Counted from the stretch's first letter, positions 8,680 through 16,580 are shown. The stretch: DNA of 40,625 bases from a virus (IMGVR_UViG_3300034151_000034:1-40625); one strand, 5' to 3'. Numbers and translations are program-made. Notes: a model not told the origin generated them from the letters alone.

Positions 8680-9429
8680 ATGAAGAAAGTTTTGCTGGCA
8701 GCTACCATGCTGACCGCGCTCGCCAGCGGCGCAAAAGCTGACATTCTCGGTGGTCTTGATTGGAATATCGCTGGCGCTGCGGTGCTGTCGCTGGACCCGA
8801 CCGTGCCGAGCGGTCAACAAACGACAAACTTGCCATGCCTCATCTGCGGGGCACACCAACCTCAACAGCCTGTGGGCATGGGGTATAACCTGTTCGGCAA
8901 CACCGGCAACGCAGACACGGTGGCGTTTTTTTCCACCGCGACCGTTCCAACGCAGGGCGGCTCTGGCATTGCTCTCGACAGCTTCGTCAACGTGACCGGC
9001 TACAGTCTCTTGCCGGGCTCGCCGTTGCTGACGGCGCTGCAAGGGCAGATAGGCTTTTCGGTCGGCCTCGACGTGAACGATACCAACACGCCGCAGACGC
9101 TGGAAAGTTTTTGGTTCCTCAACTACACGCAACAAACCGTATTGGCGGTATGGTCGCCGGAACCGGGCGGGCAAGTTGTGGCAGCGGTCAATGATGGCAC
9201 CGGATTTCCAGATTGGACAATCAGCGGCCTCTCTCTGGCTGGCATCAATCCCGGTGACACGGTTGGGTTTTTTGCGAGGATCACCGGGGCCAATGACGGG
9301 CCGGACTCGTTCTTTCTTATCCCGAACGCGATCCCCGGCCCTGTGGTCGGTGCTGGTTTGCCAGGGTTACTTGCCGGTGCGCTAAGCCTGTTTGGCTTGA
9401 GCTACTGGCGGCGGCGGCGTGCTGTTTGA
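8680..9429 (+). CDS. Exported protein with PEP-CTERM-like C-terminal sorting signal (IPGP variant)
   Basis: Signal peptide MKKVLLAATMLTALASGAKA; C-terminus IPGPVVGAGLPGLLAGALSLFGLSYWRRRRAV. Confidence 0.8.
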   Translation: MKKVLLAATMLTALASGAKADILGGLDWNIAGAAVLSLDPTVPSGQQTTNLPCLICGAHQPQQPVGMGYNLFGNTGNADTVAFFSTATVPTQGGSGIALDSFVNVTGYSLLPGSPLLTALQGQIGFSVGLDVNDTNTPQTLESFWFLNYTQQTVLAVWSPEPGGQVVAAVNDGTGFPDWTISGLSLAGINPGDTVGFFARITGANDGPDSFFLIPNAIPGPVVGAGLPGLLAGALSLFGLSYWRRRRAV

Positions 9430-9436
9430 GGCAAAC

Positions 9437-9466
9437 AAAAAACGGGGCCCCTCGCAGGGCCCCGTT
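9437..9466. terminator. Intrinsic terminator-like hairpin, copy 1
   Basis: A-run plus 10-bp stem AACGGGGCCC/GGGCCCCGTT; U-tract on the minus strand, possibly bidirectional. Confidence 0.7.
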
Positions 9467-9472
9467 CGATTT

Positions 9473-9497
9473 GGAACGTGCAGGCTGGCGGCGGGTT
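9473..9497 (+). promoter_or_regulatory. Putative sigma-EcfG (general stress response) promoter
   Basis: GGAAC(9473-9477)-N17-GTT(9495-9497) matches the alphaproteobacterial EcfG/RpoE2 consensus. Confidence 0.5.
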
Positions 9498-9534
9498 GAT
9501 CATGTGTGGCATCCGCCACGGGAGTGAACGTCAA

Positions 9535-9627
9535 ATGACACAACAGAACCCAAAGCCGGATCCGAATGATCCGAACCCAAATCCAAACCCGAACCCCAAC
9601 CCCAACAACCCGAACCAGCCGCGATAA
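9535..9627 (+). CDS. 30-aa Asn/Pro-repeat peptide MTQQNPKPDPNDPNPNPNPNPNPNNPNQPR
   Basis: GGAG RBS at 9521; synonymous codon variation across NP repeats (AAC/AAT, CCA/CCG/CCC) suggests coding constraint. Confidence 0.55.
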   Translation: MTQQNPKPDPNDPNPNPNPNPNPNNPNQPR

Positions 9628-9635
9628 GCGCAAAT

Positions 9636-9667
9636 AAAAAAACGGGGCCCTGTGAGGGGGCCCCGTT
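9636..9667. terminator. Intrinsic terminator-like hairpin, copy 2
   Basis: Same 10-bp stem as copy 1, left arm exactly 200 bp downstream; U-tract on the minus strand would end the int transcript. Confidence 0.7.
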
Positions 9668-9694
9668 GAGTTTGGCGGTGTCGCACTTGTCAGC

Positions 9695-9997
9695 CTAGCG
9701 AGCTTTGCACCGCTCAGTCACGCCGGGGTTTTTACGCTCGGCAATTTGCCACGCGAGAGCTTGGTATGCATCGGTTGTCACACCCGCACGCGCCGCTCGG
9801 TTGGCAAGCTCGGTTGTCCATTCCGAAAAAGACTTATCAGGCGGTGCGGTGCCGATGCACTGCTGTATGCGGTGAGCGCGCAGCCCGGCATCCAGCGTGG
9901 ATGATGACGGGCCGCCATCCATGCGGGCAACAAAAATGATGACAGCTAAGATGGCCGCAACGCACAGGAAAGCTGGCAGCGCCTTACGCCAATACAT
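9695..9997 (-). CDS. Small single-TM membrane protein downstream of int
   Basis: MYWRKALPAFLCVAAILAVIIFVA N-terminal TM, two Cys in the distal domain; overlaps the int stop. Confidence 0.45.
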   Translation of the reverse strand: MYWRKALPAFLCVAAILAVIIFVARMDGGPSSSTLDAGLRAHRIQQCIGTAPPDKSFSEWTTELANRAARAGVTTDAYQALAWQIAERKNPGVTERCKAR

Positions 9998-11183
9998 TGG
10001 CCACCTTGTCGGCACCGGCCCGCGCCGCCGCATCGCTCAAATGGGCATAGACCAAGGTGCTTTTGTAATCTCGATGGCCGAGCAACTTGCCCACGGTGTA
10101 AAGCTCTACGCCGTTGCTGATGGCGGCGCTGGCGAACGAATGCCGCAGATCGTGCAGCCGCACCGACTTGACGCCCGCGCGCTTGAACGCCGCAACCTTG
10201 TGGTCATCAACCTCGCAATAATGCTGGCCGTCAATCCGGCTCGGAAAAAAGTACACCGAGCGGCCATAGGTCGGCAGCGCGCGCAGGATTTCAACGGCCT
10301 TGTCGGAAAGCAGAATGGTGCGGCCCCGGTTGCCGTTGCCCTTGTCGTGCGCAAGCTTGACGGTTTTGTTGTCGAGGTCGGCAAGGTCGCGGCGCAGGCC
10401 GAGGATTTCCGATTTGCGCGCGCCGGTATGCAGCAGCACGCGAATGACGTGATAGCCGGTCGCGCGGTTGGGCTCGAGCGCGGCCAACTCGACGCAGGCC
10501 GCATCCACGCGCTTCAACTCATCGGGCGTCAGATAGTTTTGCACGCTGTTGCCCTTGCCAGCCTTCACGGTGATGACCGGCGTTTCGCAGAGGCCGCGCG
10601 TGCGGGCAAACTTGACCACGGCAAGCAGCGTCCGCAGCGATTGATTGCGCGCACCGATGCCGCTGTGCTTGACGATGGCATCGCACCAGAGGCGCACCAC
10701 CGTGTCGGTGAGCGAGGCCACCGGCTTGCTGGCGAGCTTGACAAGGTGGCAGCGCCACAAGCTGGTTTCAATCTTGATCGAGCCAGCCGCTTTCAGGGTG
10801 CCTTCCTTTTGCGCCTGCCCCTGGATCGGGAAGCCCGTCGCCGCATAGGCATCCCAAGCCTGTTGCAGCGTGAACGTCTGCGCGGCGGATTTGCCGAGCG
10901 TGTCGCCAATCTCGGTGCCGCGACGGGCGGCGCTGATGGCGAGCTTCGCAAGGTCGAGCGCGCCGGGCGCATCCTCGGTGCCTTCCCATGGCAGCACGTC
11001 AACGCGCCCGAGTGTCTTGCGTACCGGCTTGCCGTTCACGCGCGTCTGCACAACGTAGCTGCGCACGCCGCCATCGGTGACGCGCACGCCAAACCCATTC
11101 ACCTCGCTGCACCAAACAAAGCGTTGGTTGCCATCGGTCGGCAGCGCGGCGGCCTTGGCTTTACTCTCAGTAAGTCGCGGCAT
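9984..11183 (-). CDS. int: Tyrosine integrase with arm-DNA-binding domain
   Basis: N-terminal GFGVRVTDGGVRSYVV...TLGR; catalytic HTGARKSE, HDLRH, LLGH, YAH; start trimmed to MPRLTE. Confidence 0.93.
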   Translation of the reverse strand: MPRLTESKAKAAALPTDGNQRFVWCSEVNGFGVRVTDGGVRSYVVQTRVNGKPVRKTLGRVDVLPWEGTEDAPGALDLAKLAISAARRGTEIGDTLGKSAAQTFTLQQAWDAYAATGFPIQGQAQKEGTLKAAGSIKIETSLWRCHLVKLASKPVASLTDTVVRLWCDAIVKHSGIGARNQSLRTLLAVVKFARTRGLCETPVITVKAGKGNSVQNYLTPDELKRVDAACVELAALEPNRATGYHVIRVLLHTGARKSEILGLRRDLADLDNKTVKLAHDKGNGNRGRTILLSDKAVEILRALPTYGRSVYFFPSRIDGQHYCEVDDHKVAAFKRAGVKSVRLHDLRHSFASAAISNGVELYTVGKLLGHRDYKSTLVYAHLSDAAARAGADKVANVLA

Positions 11184-11197
11184 TTCAAACCCCTCTG

Positions 11198-11403
11198 GTG
11201 TAATCACTATGTAATCGGCAGGGGGAATATAGCCGCATAGGCTCGCCCGGTCTAGCTCATTAAAAGCCCGTATTTGCGCGCTTTTGCATACGGTCGCACC
11301 GTCACCGTTAAAACAGGGAATTAGAACGGCAAACAAATCCAACCCTTTGAAACGGCTAGATTTTCGCGCTGGTGGGGGTTTGCCGTGTAATCGTGGCGTA
11401 ATC
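11198..11403. mobile_element. Putative attP region
   Basis: Two pairs of direct RYGTAATC repeats with 11-bp period (11198/11209 and 11385/11396) flank an AT-richer centre just upstream of int; the core was not identified. Confidence 0.55.
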
Positions 11404-11491
11404 TTTTGCCGGGATTTATGGGGCAACGGGCTGCGACAGGGTGCCGCCGCGCTGGCTCTATATAATGTATTGGCAGGAAACCAGCGGTCCG

Positions 11492-11731
11492 CTAGCGTTT
11501 CTTTTCCCGGCGCTTTTCCCGGCGCATCAGTTCGCGCTCGGCGGCAATCGCTTTCCGGCGAAGCAACCTGCTCTCCGCAATCTTTTCCCGGAGCGTCAAT
11601 TCGCGCTCAATGGCAGCGCGCAGGAAATCGGCCCGCCTTTCCTCGGGGCGCAAAACCTTGTCGATGCGCCCCGGCACCGTTTTCTCAACCCGGATCAGCA
11701 TGGCTTTGCCATAAAGCGGCGGGCGTCCCAT
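11492..11731 (-). CDS. Ribbon-helix-helix-like DNA-binding protein
   Basis: MGRPP...MLIRV...RIDKVL...RADFLRAAIEREL. Confidence 0.65.
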   Translation of the reverse strand: MGRPPLYGKAMLIRVEKTVPGRIDKVLRPEERRADFLRAAIERELTLREKIAESRLLRRKAIAAERELMRREKRREKKR

Positions 11732-11734
11732 CCG

Positions 11735-11837
11735 CCGATATTACGTTTCAACCACGGTAAATCCATAGGCCGCCGCCAAAAATTTAGGCACGGTGTAACC
11801 GATATCCGTTATGGCTTCAACTGCTAGCCGATATCGG
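11735..11837. promoter_or_regulatory. Three CCGATAT operator-like sites
   Basis: CCGATAT at 11735, 11799 (AACCGATATCCGTT, near-palindrome) and 11828 (CCGATATCGG, perfect palindrome). Confidence 0.55.
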
Positions 11838-12053
11838 GTATAAAAAATAAATGTACTGATAGGAAACAAACCGCCGCTGGCGGGTTTATCAAACTTATAC
11901 CCGCTACGGATTTGCGGGGGGCGACGACTAATCTTTGGAAATTGAAATGCACCGGCTGCGTTGCCGGGGCCGCTTTTGTGTGCGGCTCGAGAAAATGGGA
12001 AGCGCGTTTGAAATAGTCCTGCCAACAATCACCCATCAAGTGTGAGGCGTCCG

Positions 12054-12293
12054 ATGCCAGCGAGTAAGCGGGGCATGTCCCCTAGTGCTGTTTTGATCGG
12101 GAATAAGTTGCGACAGCGTAGAGTGAGGAAGCGCATTTCGCGCGACCAGCTTGGCCACAACATCGGCAAGAGCGGCCAGCAAATCGCCCGCTATGAAAGC
12201 GGGGAAAACATCCCGAGCGCCGTGACGCTGCAAAAGCTCGCCTCCGAGCTAGAATGCTCGCCGCTCGATTTGCTTGATGGGCGAGGTGAGTGA
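12054..12293 (+). CDS. XRE-family HTH regulator (no peptidase domain)
   Basis: IGNKLRQRR...SRDQLGHNIGKSGQQIARYESGENIPS..LQKLA. Confidence 0.85.
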   Translation: MPASKRGMSPSAVLIGNKLRQRRVRKRISRDQLGHNIGKSGQQIARYESGENIPSAVTLQKLASELECSPLDLLDGRGE

Positions 12294-12514
12294 TGGGATA
12301 TGCAATTGCAACATCGGCCTGCATCGGCTGCGGGCGCGTGTTTAGCTACAACCCGATGCGGGTGCCGAGCCTCACCCTCAACGGCAAGCGTGAGCCGGTG
12401 TGCGCCGTCTGCGTTGCGCGCGTCAACCCGCTACGCAAAGCCAACGGCCTGCCGCCCATCGTGCCGCTGCCGGATGCTTATGAGCCGGTGGATGAGAGTG
12501 AGTTGGGGGAATGA
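12290..12514 (+). CDS. Small Zn-finger-like protein
   Basis: CIGC...CAVC; coupled overlaps. Confidence 0.6.
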   Translation: MMGYAIATSACIGCGRVFSYNPMRVPSLTLNGKREPVCAVCVARVNPLRKANGLPPIVPLPDAYEPVDESELGE

Positions 12515-12717
12515 CAATGCACACTTACAGACAATCAAAGCTCGGTGAGAGTTGGACGGTCGGCCATTATCAAATGCAGCAAGGTGATGAGGGCGCATCG
12601 TATGAGAAATGGCACCCGATGCAGGATTTTAGCGATGAGGTGGCCGCCGCCGCCTATGTCAATTATCTCAACGGCGGCGACGGCGAAAAAAACGTAACGG
12701 CGTTTTATGGGCGATGA
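12511..12717 (+). CDS. Hypothetical protein
   Basis: WTVGHY...AAAYVNYLNGG; ATGA overlap. Confidence 0.55.
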   Translation: MTMHTYRQSKLGESWTVGHYQMQQGDEGASYEKWHPMQDFSDEVAAAAYVNYLNGGDGEKNVTAFYGR

Positions 12718-12991
12718 CAGCGAAATCATTGCAGGCAAAGGCGGCATCACGTTCGCCGGGCCTGATGCCGTCGCGCTCTATCGAGCGATGGCGCTGCGCT
12801 CGGGCCTCGGCCTCTATGCCAAAACCGGGATGCGCCCGAACCGGGAATGGACACCAACCGCGATGCTGAAAGCAGCGGGCGGCATCTGCGGCAAAACTTA
12901 CAAGCGCGGCCAATATGAACAGGCCGCCGCCGACTTGACGCAATGGATTGAGGCAATGAAATCGGCGCTGCCGGTCAGCAACAATGACTGA
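12707..12991 (+). CDS. Hypothetical protein
   Basis: Operon packing; GKTYKRGQY motif. Confidence 0.55.
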   Translation: MGDDSEIIAGKGGITFAGPDAVALYRAMALRSGLGLYAKTGMRPNREWTPTAMLKAAGGICGKTYKRGQYEQAAADLTQWIEAMKSALPVSNND

Positions 12992-13214
12992 GCCATCCAC
13001 GCATGAGGTTGAGGCGTTGGTGAATGAAATCCGCCCGCTGCTCGCTGGCAAAGGCCCTGCGGTGCAAGGTGCGGTGCTGGCCGACTTGCTGGCCATGTTT
13101 ATCGCCGGGCATCGCGATGCGGAATTGCGCGATGAGATTTTGCAATTGCACATCGAGGCGGTGCGCCACCTTATTCCGTTTGCTGATTTGATGTTTAAGG
13201 GCCGCGAGCAATGA
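12984..13214 (+). CDS. Hypothetical helical protein
   Basis: Operon packing. Confidence 0.55.
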   Translation: MTEPSTHEVEALVNEIRPLLAGKGPAVQGAVLADLLAMFIAGHRDAELRDEILQLHIEAVRHLIPFADLMFKGREQ

Positions 13215-13600
13215 GGAACGTGCTGCCCGAGAAACTTGAGGCCGGTCGCGTGCGCGGCGGGCCTTATGGCAGCGACCGCAGCCTTGGCCCCTATGGCTGC
13301 TTTAACATTCAGGGGCCGTGCGGCTCGGCGCTGCACATCATGGCCACCGCTGGCTTTGATACCGGATGGGAACACGTCAGCGTGTCAACGCCGCGCCGCC
13401 CGCCCAACTGGCAGGAAATGTGTTTCGTAAAGGATTTGTTTTGGGCTGATGATGAGTGCGTGATGCAGTTGCATCCGCCGAAAGCGGATTACGTCAACAA
13501 CCATCCGCATTGCCTGCACCTATGGAAACCGACACGCACCACCATCCCGACGCCGCCCGCCGTGCTGGTCGGCAATCGTGCGCTAGGGCAACTTGCATGA
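13211..13600 (+). CDS. Conserved phage protein (WEHVSVS...HPHCLHLW family)
   Basis: GWEHVSVS..RPPNWQEMCFVKDLFW..E..MQLHPP..YVNNHPHCLHLW; His-rich, possibly metal-binding. Confidence 0.7.
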   Translation: MRNVLPEKLEAGRVRGGPYGSDRSLGPYGCFNIQGPCGSALHIMATAGFDTGWEHVSVSTPRRPPNWQEMCFVKDLFWADDECVMQLHPPKADYVNNHPHCLHLWKPTRTTIPTPPAVLVGNRALGQLA

Positions 13601-13857
13601 ACGATGATGCCGACCGCGCAGAATTTTCGGTGTGCCAGTTTTTTGCCGATGGCACTTATGAGTATGTCTGCCGCTGGCAAACCGCCGAGCAGGCTTTCGA
13701 CACATTCCAGCGGATGACGCAAACGCTCGGCGCGCGGCTCGGCACCACCGTGCGCGTCATCATCACCGATGGCGGCGATTGCACGAATGCGGAATGGAAA
13801 TTTGGCGAGGGGCTGACGTACCCAACGCCAGAGGTGTTGCGGCGCTCGCTCACCTAG
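13597..13857 (+). CDS. Hypothetical protein
   Basis: ATGA overlap; FSVCQFF...RVIITDGGDC...EWKFGEG. Confidence 0.6.
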   Translation: MNDDADRAEFSVCQFFADGTYEYVCRWQTAEQAFDTFQRMTQTLGARLGTTVRVIITDGGDCTNAEWKFGEGLTYPTPEVLRRSLT

Positions 13858-13931
13858 CCGTCCAAATTTTGTGCCTTGCCGCCCTGCACGTTTACTAATA
13901 GCAACCAAGGGTGTTGCAACCAACGGGGGAT

Positions 13932-14576
13932 ATGATGAAAGCCAAACTGTTAGGCGCTGCGGCGCTGTTGATGCTGCTCGCGCAGCAAGCGAACGCAACA
14001 ACCTATTACTATACCGGAGCGCCGCTCACGCATATCGAAACCTCGACGTTTCGCGATTTTTCATTGCACGATAGCCCCAACCCTAACGCCGCCGCCGATG
14101 CGGCGCTGTTCGGGACCAACCTCACGGGGTTTGTGACGTTTGATTTTGACACTGCCGGGCTGACGGGGCTTTTGCCGCTCGGCGTTCATGTCCATGGCCA
14201 GCTTGCGACCGGGGCCCTTTTATTCAACTTCAACTTTGAAGATTTCAACCGAGCCGATTTCACTTTCACTGACGGCGAACTTACAAAATGGGGTCCGATG
14301 TTTATGTACGGATCATGCCCCGGTTTTAGTAATCTAGGGACTGCGGTTTGCGGGCTTTCCAGCGCCAGCGAATTAACTCCGGTTACATTTGGCCCCGGTG
14401 ACAGCATCACTCAGATCGGTCGCGCTGCAACATTCGGCGCATCGACGGGCGGCGTGCCCGGCTCATGGTCGCTCATCGCCCCTAGCGCCGTGCCCGGCCC
14501 CATCGTCGGCGCGGGCCTGCCGAGCTTGGTGCTGGCGTGCGGCGGGCTGCTGTGGTGGCGCAGGCGGCGGGCCTAG
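13932..14576 (+). CDS. Exported protein with PEP-CTERM-like C-terminal sorting signal (VPGP variant)
   Basis: Signal peptide [22 protein letters not shown]; C-terminus [28 protein letters not shown]. Confidence 0.8.
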   Translation: MMKAKLLGAAALLMLLAQQANATTYYYTGAPLTHIETSTFRDFSLHDSPNPNAAADAALFGTNLTGFVTFDFDTAGLTGLLPLGVHVHGQLATGALLFNFNFEDFNRADFTFTDGELTKWGPMFMYGSCPGFSNLGTAVCGLSSASELTPVTFGPGDSITQIGRAATFGASTGGVPGSWSLIAPSAVPGPIVGAGLPSLVLACGGLLWWRRRRA

Positions 14577-14800
14577 CGCGGATAGAGCGGCAAGCGGTAA
14601 GCCGTATAGCCGACCGCGCCCGACAGCCAAATCACCACGGCGATGATGACAAGCAGCGCAACGATGGCCTGCCCGATTTTGTAAACCATCGGATCAATAC
14701 CAATGCCGAGCCAGCGCAACAGCCACACGATGCACGCCGCGACAAACAGGATGATGGCGATGTGCAGCAACAGATACAAAAGTGAAATTAGTAGGCTCAT
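14573..14800 (-). CDS. Small two-TM membrane protein
   Basis: Two hydrophobic helices; GGAGGA RBS. Confidence 0.7.
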   Translation of the reverse strand: MSLLISLLYLLLHIAIILFVAACIVWLLRWLGIGIDPMVYKIGQAIVALLVIIAVVIWLSGAVGYTAYRLPLYPR

Positions 14801-14942
14801 GGTGTGTTCCTCCGGTGAGTTTGGAAAACAGTAAAAACGCCGAAAGTAACTTTTTGTTACAAGCGACGCTTAGGCAAACGCATCGCGCGTTTCTAATTCC
14901 TCAATGAAAATTCTGAAAACTGAAATTTGCAAAAAGTCGATT

Positions 14943-14996
14943 TGCTAAAATGCTTCCGCGAGTGGTGATGCACACCACTCGCGGGCTGTTTGACAA
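14943..14996 (+). promoter_or_regulatory. Extended -10 promoter, 12-bp hairpin and boxA-like element
   Basis: TGcTAAAAT 14943-14951; stem CCGCGAGTGGTG/CACCACTCGCGG 14956-14984; GCTGTTTGACAA 14985-14996. Confidence 0.45.
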
Positions 14997-15011
14997 TCGA
15001 AAGGATATACG

Positions 15012-15443
15012 ATGACGCTTAGAGAAAAGCGGCACGCCGCCGCTTTGCTTACGCTGCAACGTTCTACCACACAACGCGATGCGTGTTTGGCTAAGCTGGT
15101 GCGGTATGAATTGAAACTCACTAGCCTGCGCCGTCAGGTGCAGCGGTTAGCCAAGGCGCTGGCCGCCGAGCCAACATCCAAGCCGATGCCCGCAACGGTG
15201 CCGGTCGCGGTCGAGGCCAAGCCGGTGCCAGACATTCCGACATTCCTGCAACGGTCAAAGGAAGCCGATGCAAAGGATGCGGCAGCGGCGGCGGCCATCA
15301 AGGCCGAGCAGGCCGAGCGCAAAAAGCTCAAGGCCACCATCCGCAGCGAGGAACGCGCCGCCAAAGCCAGCGGCGCAACCAAGCGGATGCCGCTGACCGG
15401 GCGCGAGGCCCTGCAATATCTAAAAACTGGAAGCCGAGCCTAA
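15012..15443 (+). CDS. Basic Ala/Lys/Arg-rich hypothetical protein (stand-alone transcription unit)
   Basis: AAAGGA RBS, own promoter and terminator; DIPTFLQR motif. Confidence 0.65.
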   Translation: MTLREKRHAAALLTLQRSTTQRDACLAKLVRYELKLTSLRRQVQRLAKALAAEPTSKPMPATVPVAVEAKPVPDIPTFLQRSKEADAKDAAAAAAIKAEQAERKKLKATIRSEERAAKASGATKRMPLTGREALQYLKTGSRA

Positions 15444-15637
15444 ACACCACCCGCGCCGGGCAACTGGCGCGGGTTTTTTATTAGCTCGGCCACCTTGCTC
15501 TCGGTGTCGGTCAGCTTTCTCAAACCCTTTTCAAACCGCTGCAAACCCTGCGGCGAGGCGTCAACCATCAGCACCTCGAACAGCGTCACGAAATGCCGCT
15601 GCACCGCCGCCTCTAGCGCGGCATCGAGCGGCGTCAT
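15440..15637 (-). CDS. Hypothetical protein after endolysin
   Basis: ATGA overlap with the endolysin stop. Confidence 0.5.
   Translation of the reverse strand: MTPLDAALEAAVQRHFVTLFEVLMVDASPQGLQRFEKGLRKLTDTESKVAELIKNPRQLPGAGGV
15449..15479 (+). terminator. Rho-independent terminator
   Basis: ACCCGCGCCGG-GCAA-CTGGCGCGGGT followed by a T-run. Confidence 0.8.
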
Positions 15638-16341
15638 AGCGCCGACGCCCCGTCGATGGTGACGCTGACCACCTTGCCGTTCTGCACCTTGATGACAATT
15701 TCGGTTGTTGGGATTGCGGTGCTGGATGATATTTGCAGCGCCTCTAAAAAGTCATCGTGATAACCGGCAATCAGTTTTCCGATATTAACGCCGTTGCTCC
15801 AACTCGGAATGATGTGCTTATCACCGTTTATGATTTCCCTCGCCCCCCAGCTATCATCGGCCACATCGCTGAAAAAATTGGGCAGCGAATTGGGTGGCCT
15901 AAACCAACCTTCCATCATGCCGCGAAACATCACGTCAGCGGCAATCTGCGGGTCAAGCGCACGCTCGGGATTTTCATAAAGATCATCGCCGCCGACTAGC
16001 TCAAGCTCATCGGTGGCCTTTTGATAATTGTCTGCCCACGTCAATTGAACGTAGCCGCGACCATAGAAAATATTGCCGCTGCCGGGCGGCACCTCGACAC
16101 CGTATGGCATCCCCTTGCCCTTGCCGTATTCCTCGATGGGCAGCATTTCGTTTGCGGTTTCGTGCTTGGTGGTTGCGAGCGCGTAGGCGAGGTGTCGCAA
16201 ATCATCGCTGAGCGGCGCGGTTTCCCATTGCAGCAAGATCGCCTCTTGCCCAATCACTTGCCCCTCGGTCATGGAGCCGCCAAACAGCGGGCGGCGCACG
16301 GCGTCGAAATATGTTTCGCGGTCAAAATGGATGGCGGTCAT
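15634..16341 (-). CDS. Endolysin, GH19/chitinase-like lysozyme fold
   Basis: LAYALATTKHET...PIEEYG...FYGRGYVQLTWADNY...AREIING. Confidence 0.85.
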   Translation of the reverse strand: MTAIHFDRETYFDAVRRPLFGGSMTEGQVIGQEAILLQWETAPLSDDLRHLAYALATTKHETANEMLPIEEYGKGKGMPYGVEVPPGSGNIFYGRGYVQLTWADNYQKATDELELVGGDDLYENPERALDPQIAADVMFRGMMEGWFRPPNSLPNFFSDVADDSWGAREIINGDKHIIPSWSNGVNIGKLIAGYHDDFLEALQISSSTAIPTTEIVIKVQNGKVVSVTIDGASAL

Positions 16342-16580
16342 TGTCGTTTTTCCGGCGCGGGCACGATGCATTGCGATAGGAGCTTCTGCACCTCGCTTTG
16401 CATCGCCACGAATAGCTTGACGTTGGCCTCGCGTTGATCGTTAAAGCTGGCGTTCTGGTAGAACATGAACAGGATCAGTGCGAAGCAAATCACCGACAGC
16501 GATAGCGCCAGCGGCTCGCGCGCCAGCGCACTGACGAACCCGCCCGCGACCTTGCCAGCTTCCTCAATCGCCCCGGCCAT
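16338..16580 (-). CDS. Single-TM protein, holin/lysis-accessory candidate
   Basis: One TM helix; directly upstream of the endolysin. Confidence 0.5.
   Translation of the reverse strand: MAGAIEEAGKVAGGFVSALAREPLALSLSVICFALILFMFYQNASFNDQREANVKLFVAMQSEVQKLLSQCIVPAPEKRQ

Noticed and set aside
9431-9675. Mini-CRISPR array
   Set aside because: Only two copies, about 155 bp between them, and terminator-like structure; no cas genes.
9897-11240. 447-aa plus-strand ORF
   Set aside because: Antisense shadow of the integrase in GC-rich DNA; no motifs.
11270-11310. Possible tRNA-Cys fragment (GTATGCAAAA on the minus strand) as att core
   Set aside because: No T-arm (GTTCGA) or acceptor/CCA follows; too short to support.
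11184-11426. N-terminal extension of int in the ORF track, including AVLIPCFN, which resembles a GT2 glycosyltransferase start
   Set aside because: It overlaps the attP-like repeats, and the integrase domain starts at MPRLTE. The resemblance covers only 8 residues and is probably chance.
11497-11650. Repeated TTTCCCGG motifs next to attP
   Set aside because: Explained by the Arg-Glu-Lys repeats at the RHH C-terminus.
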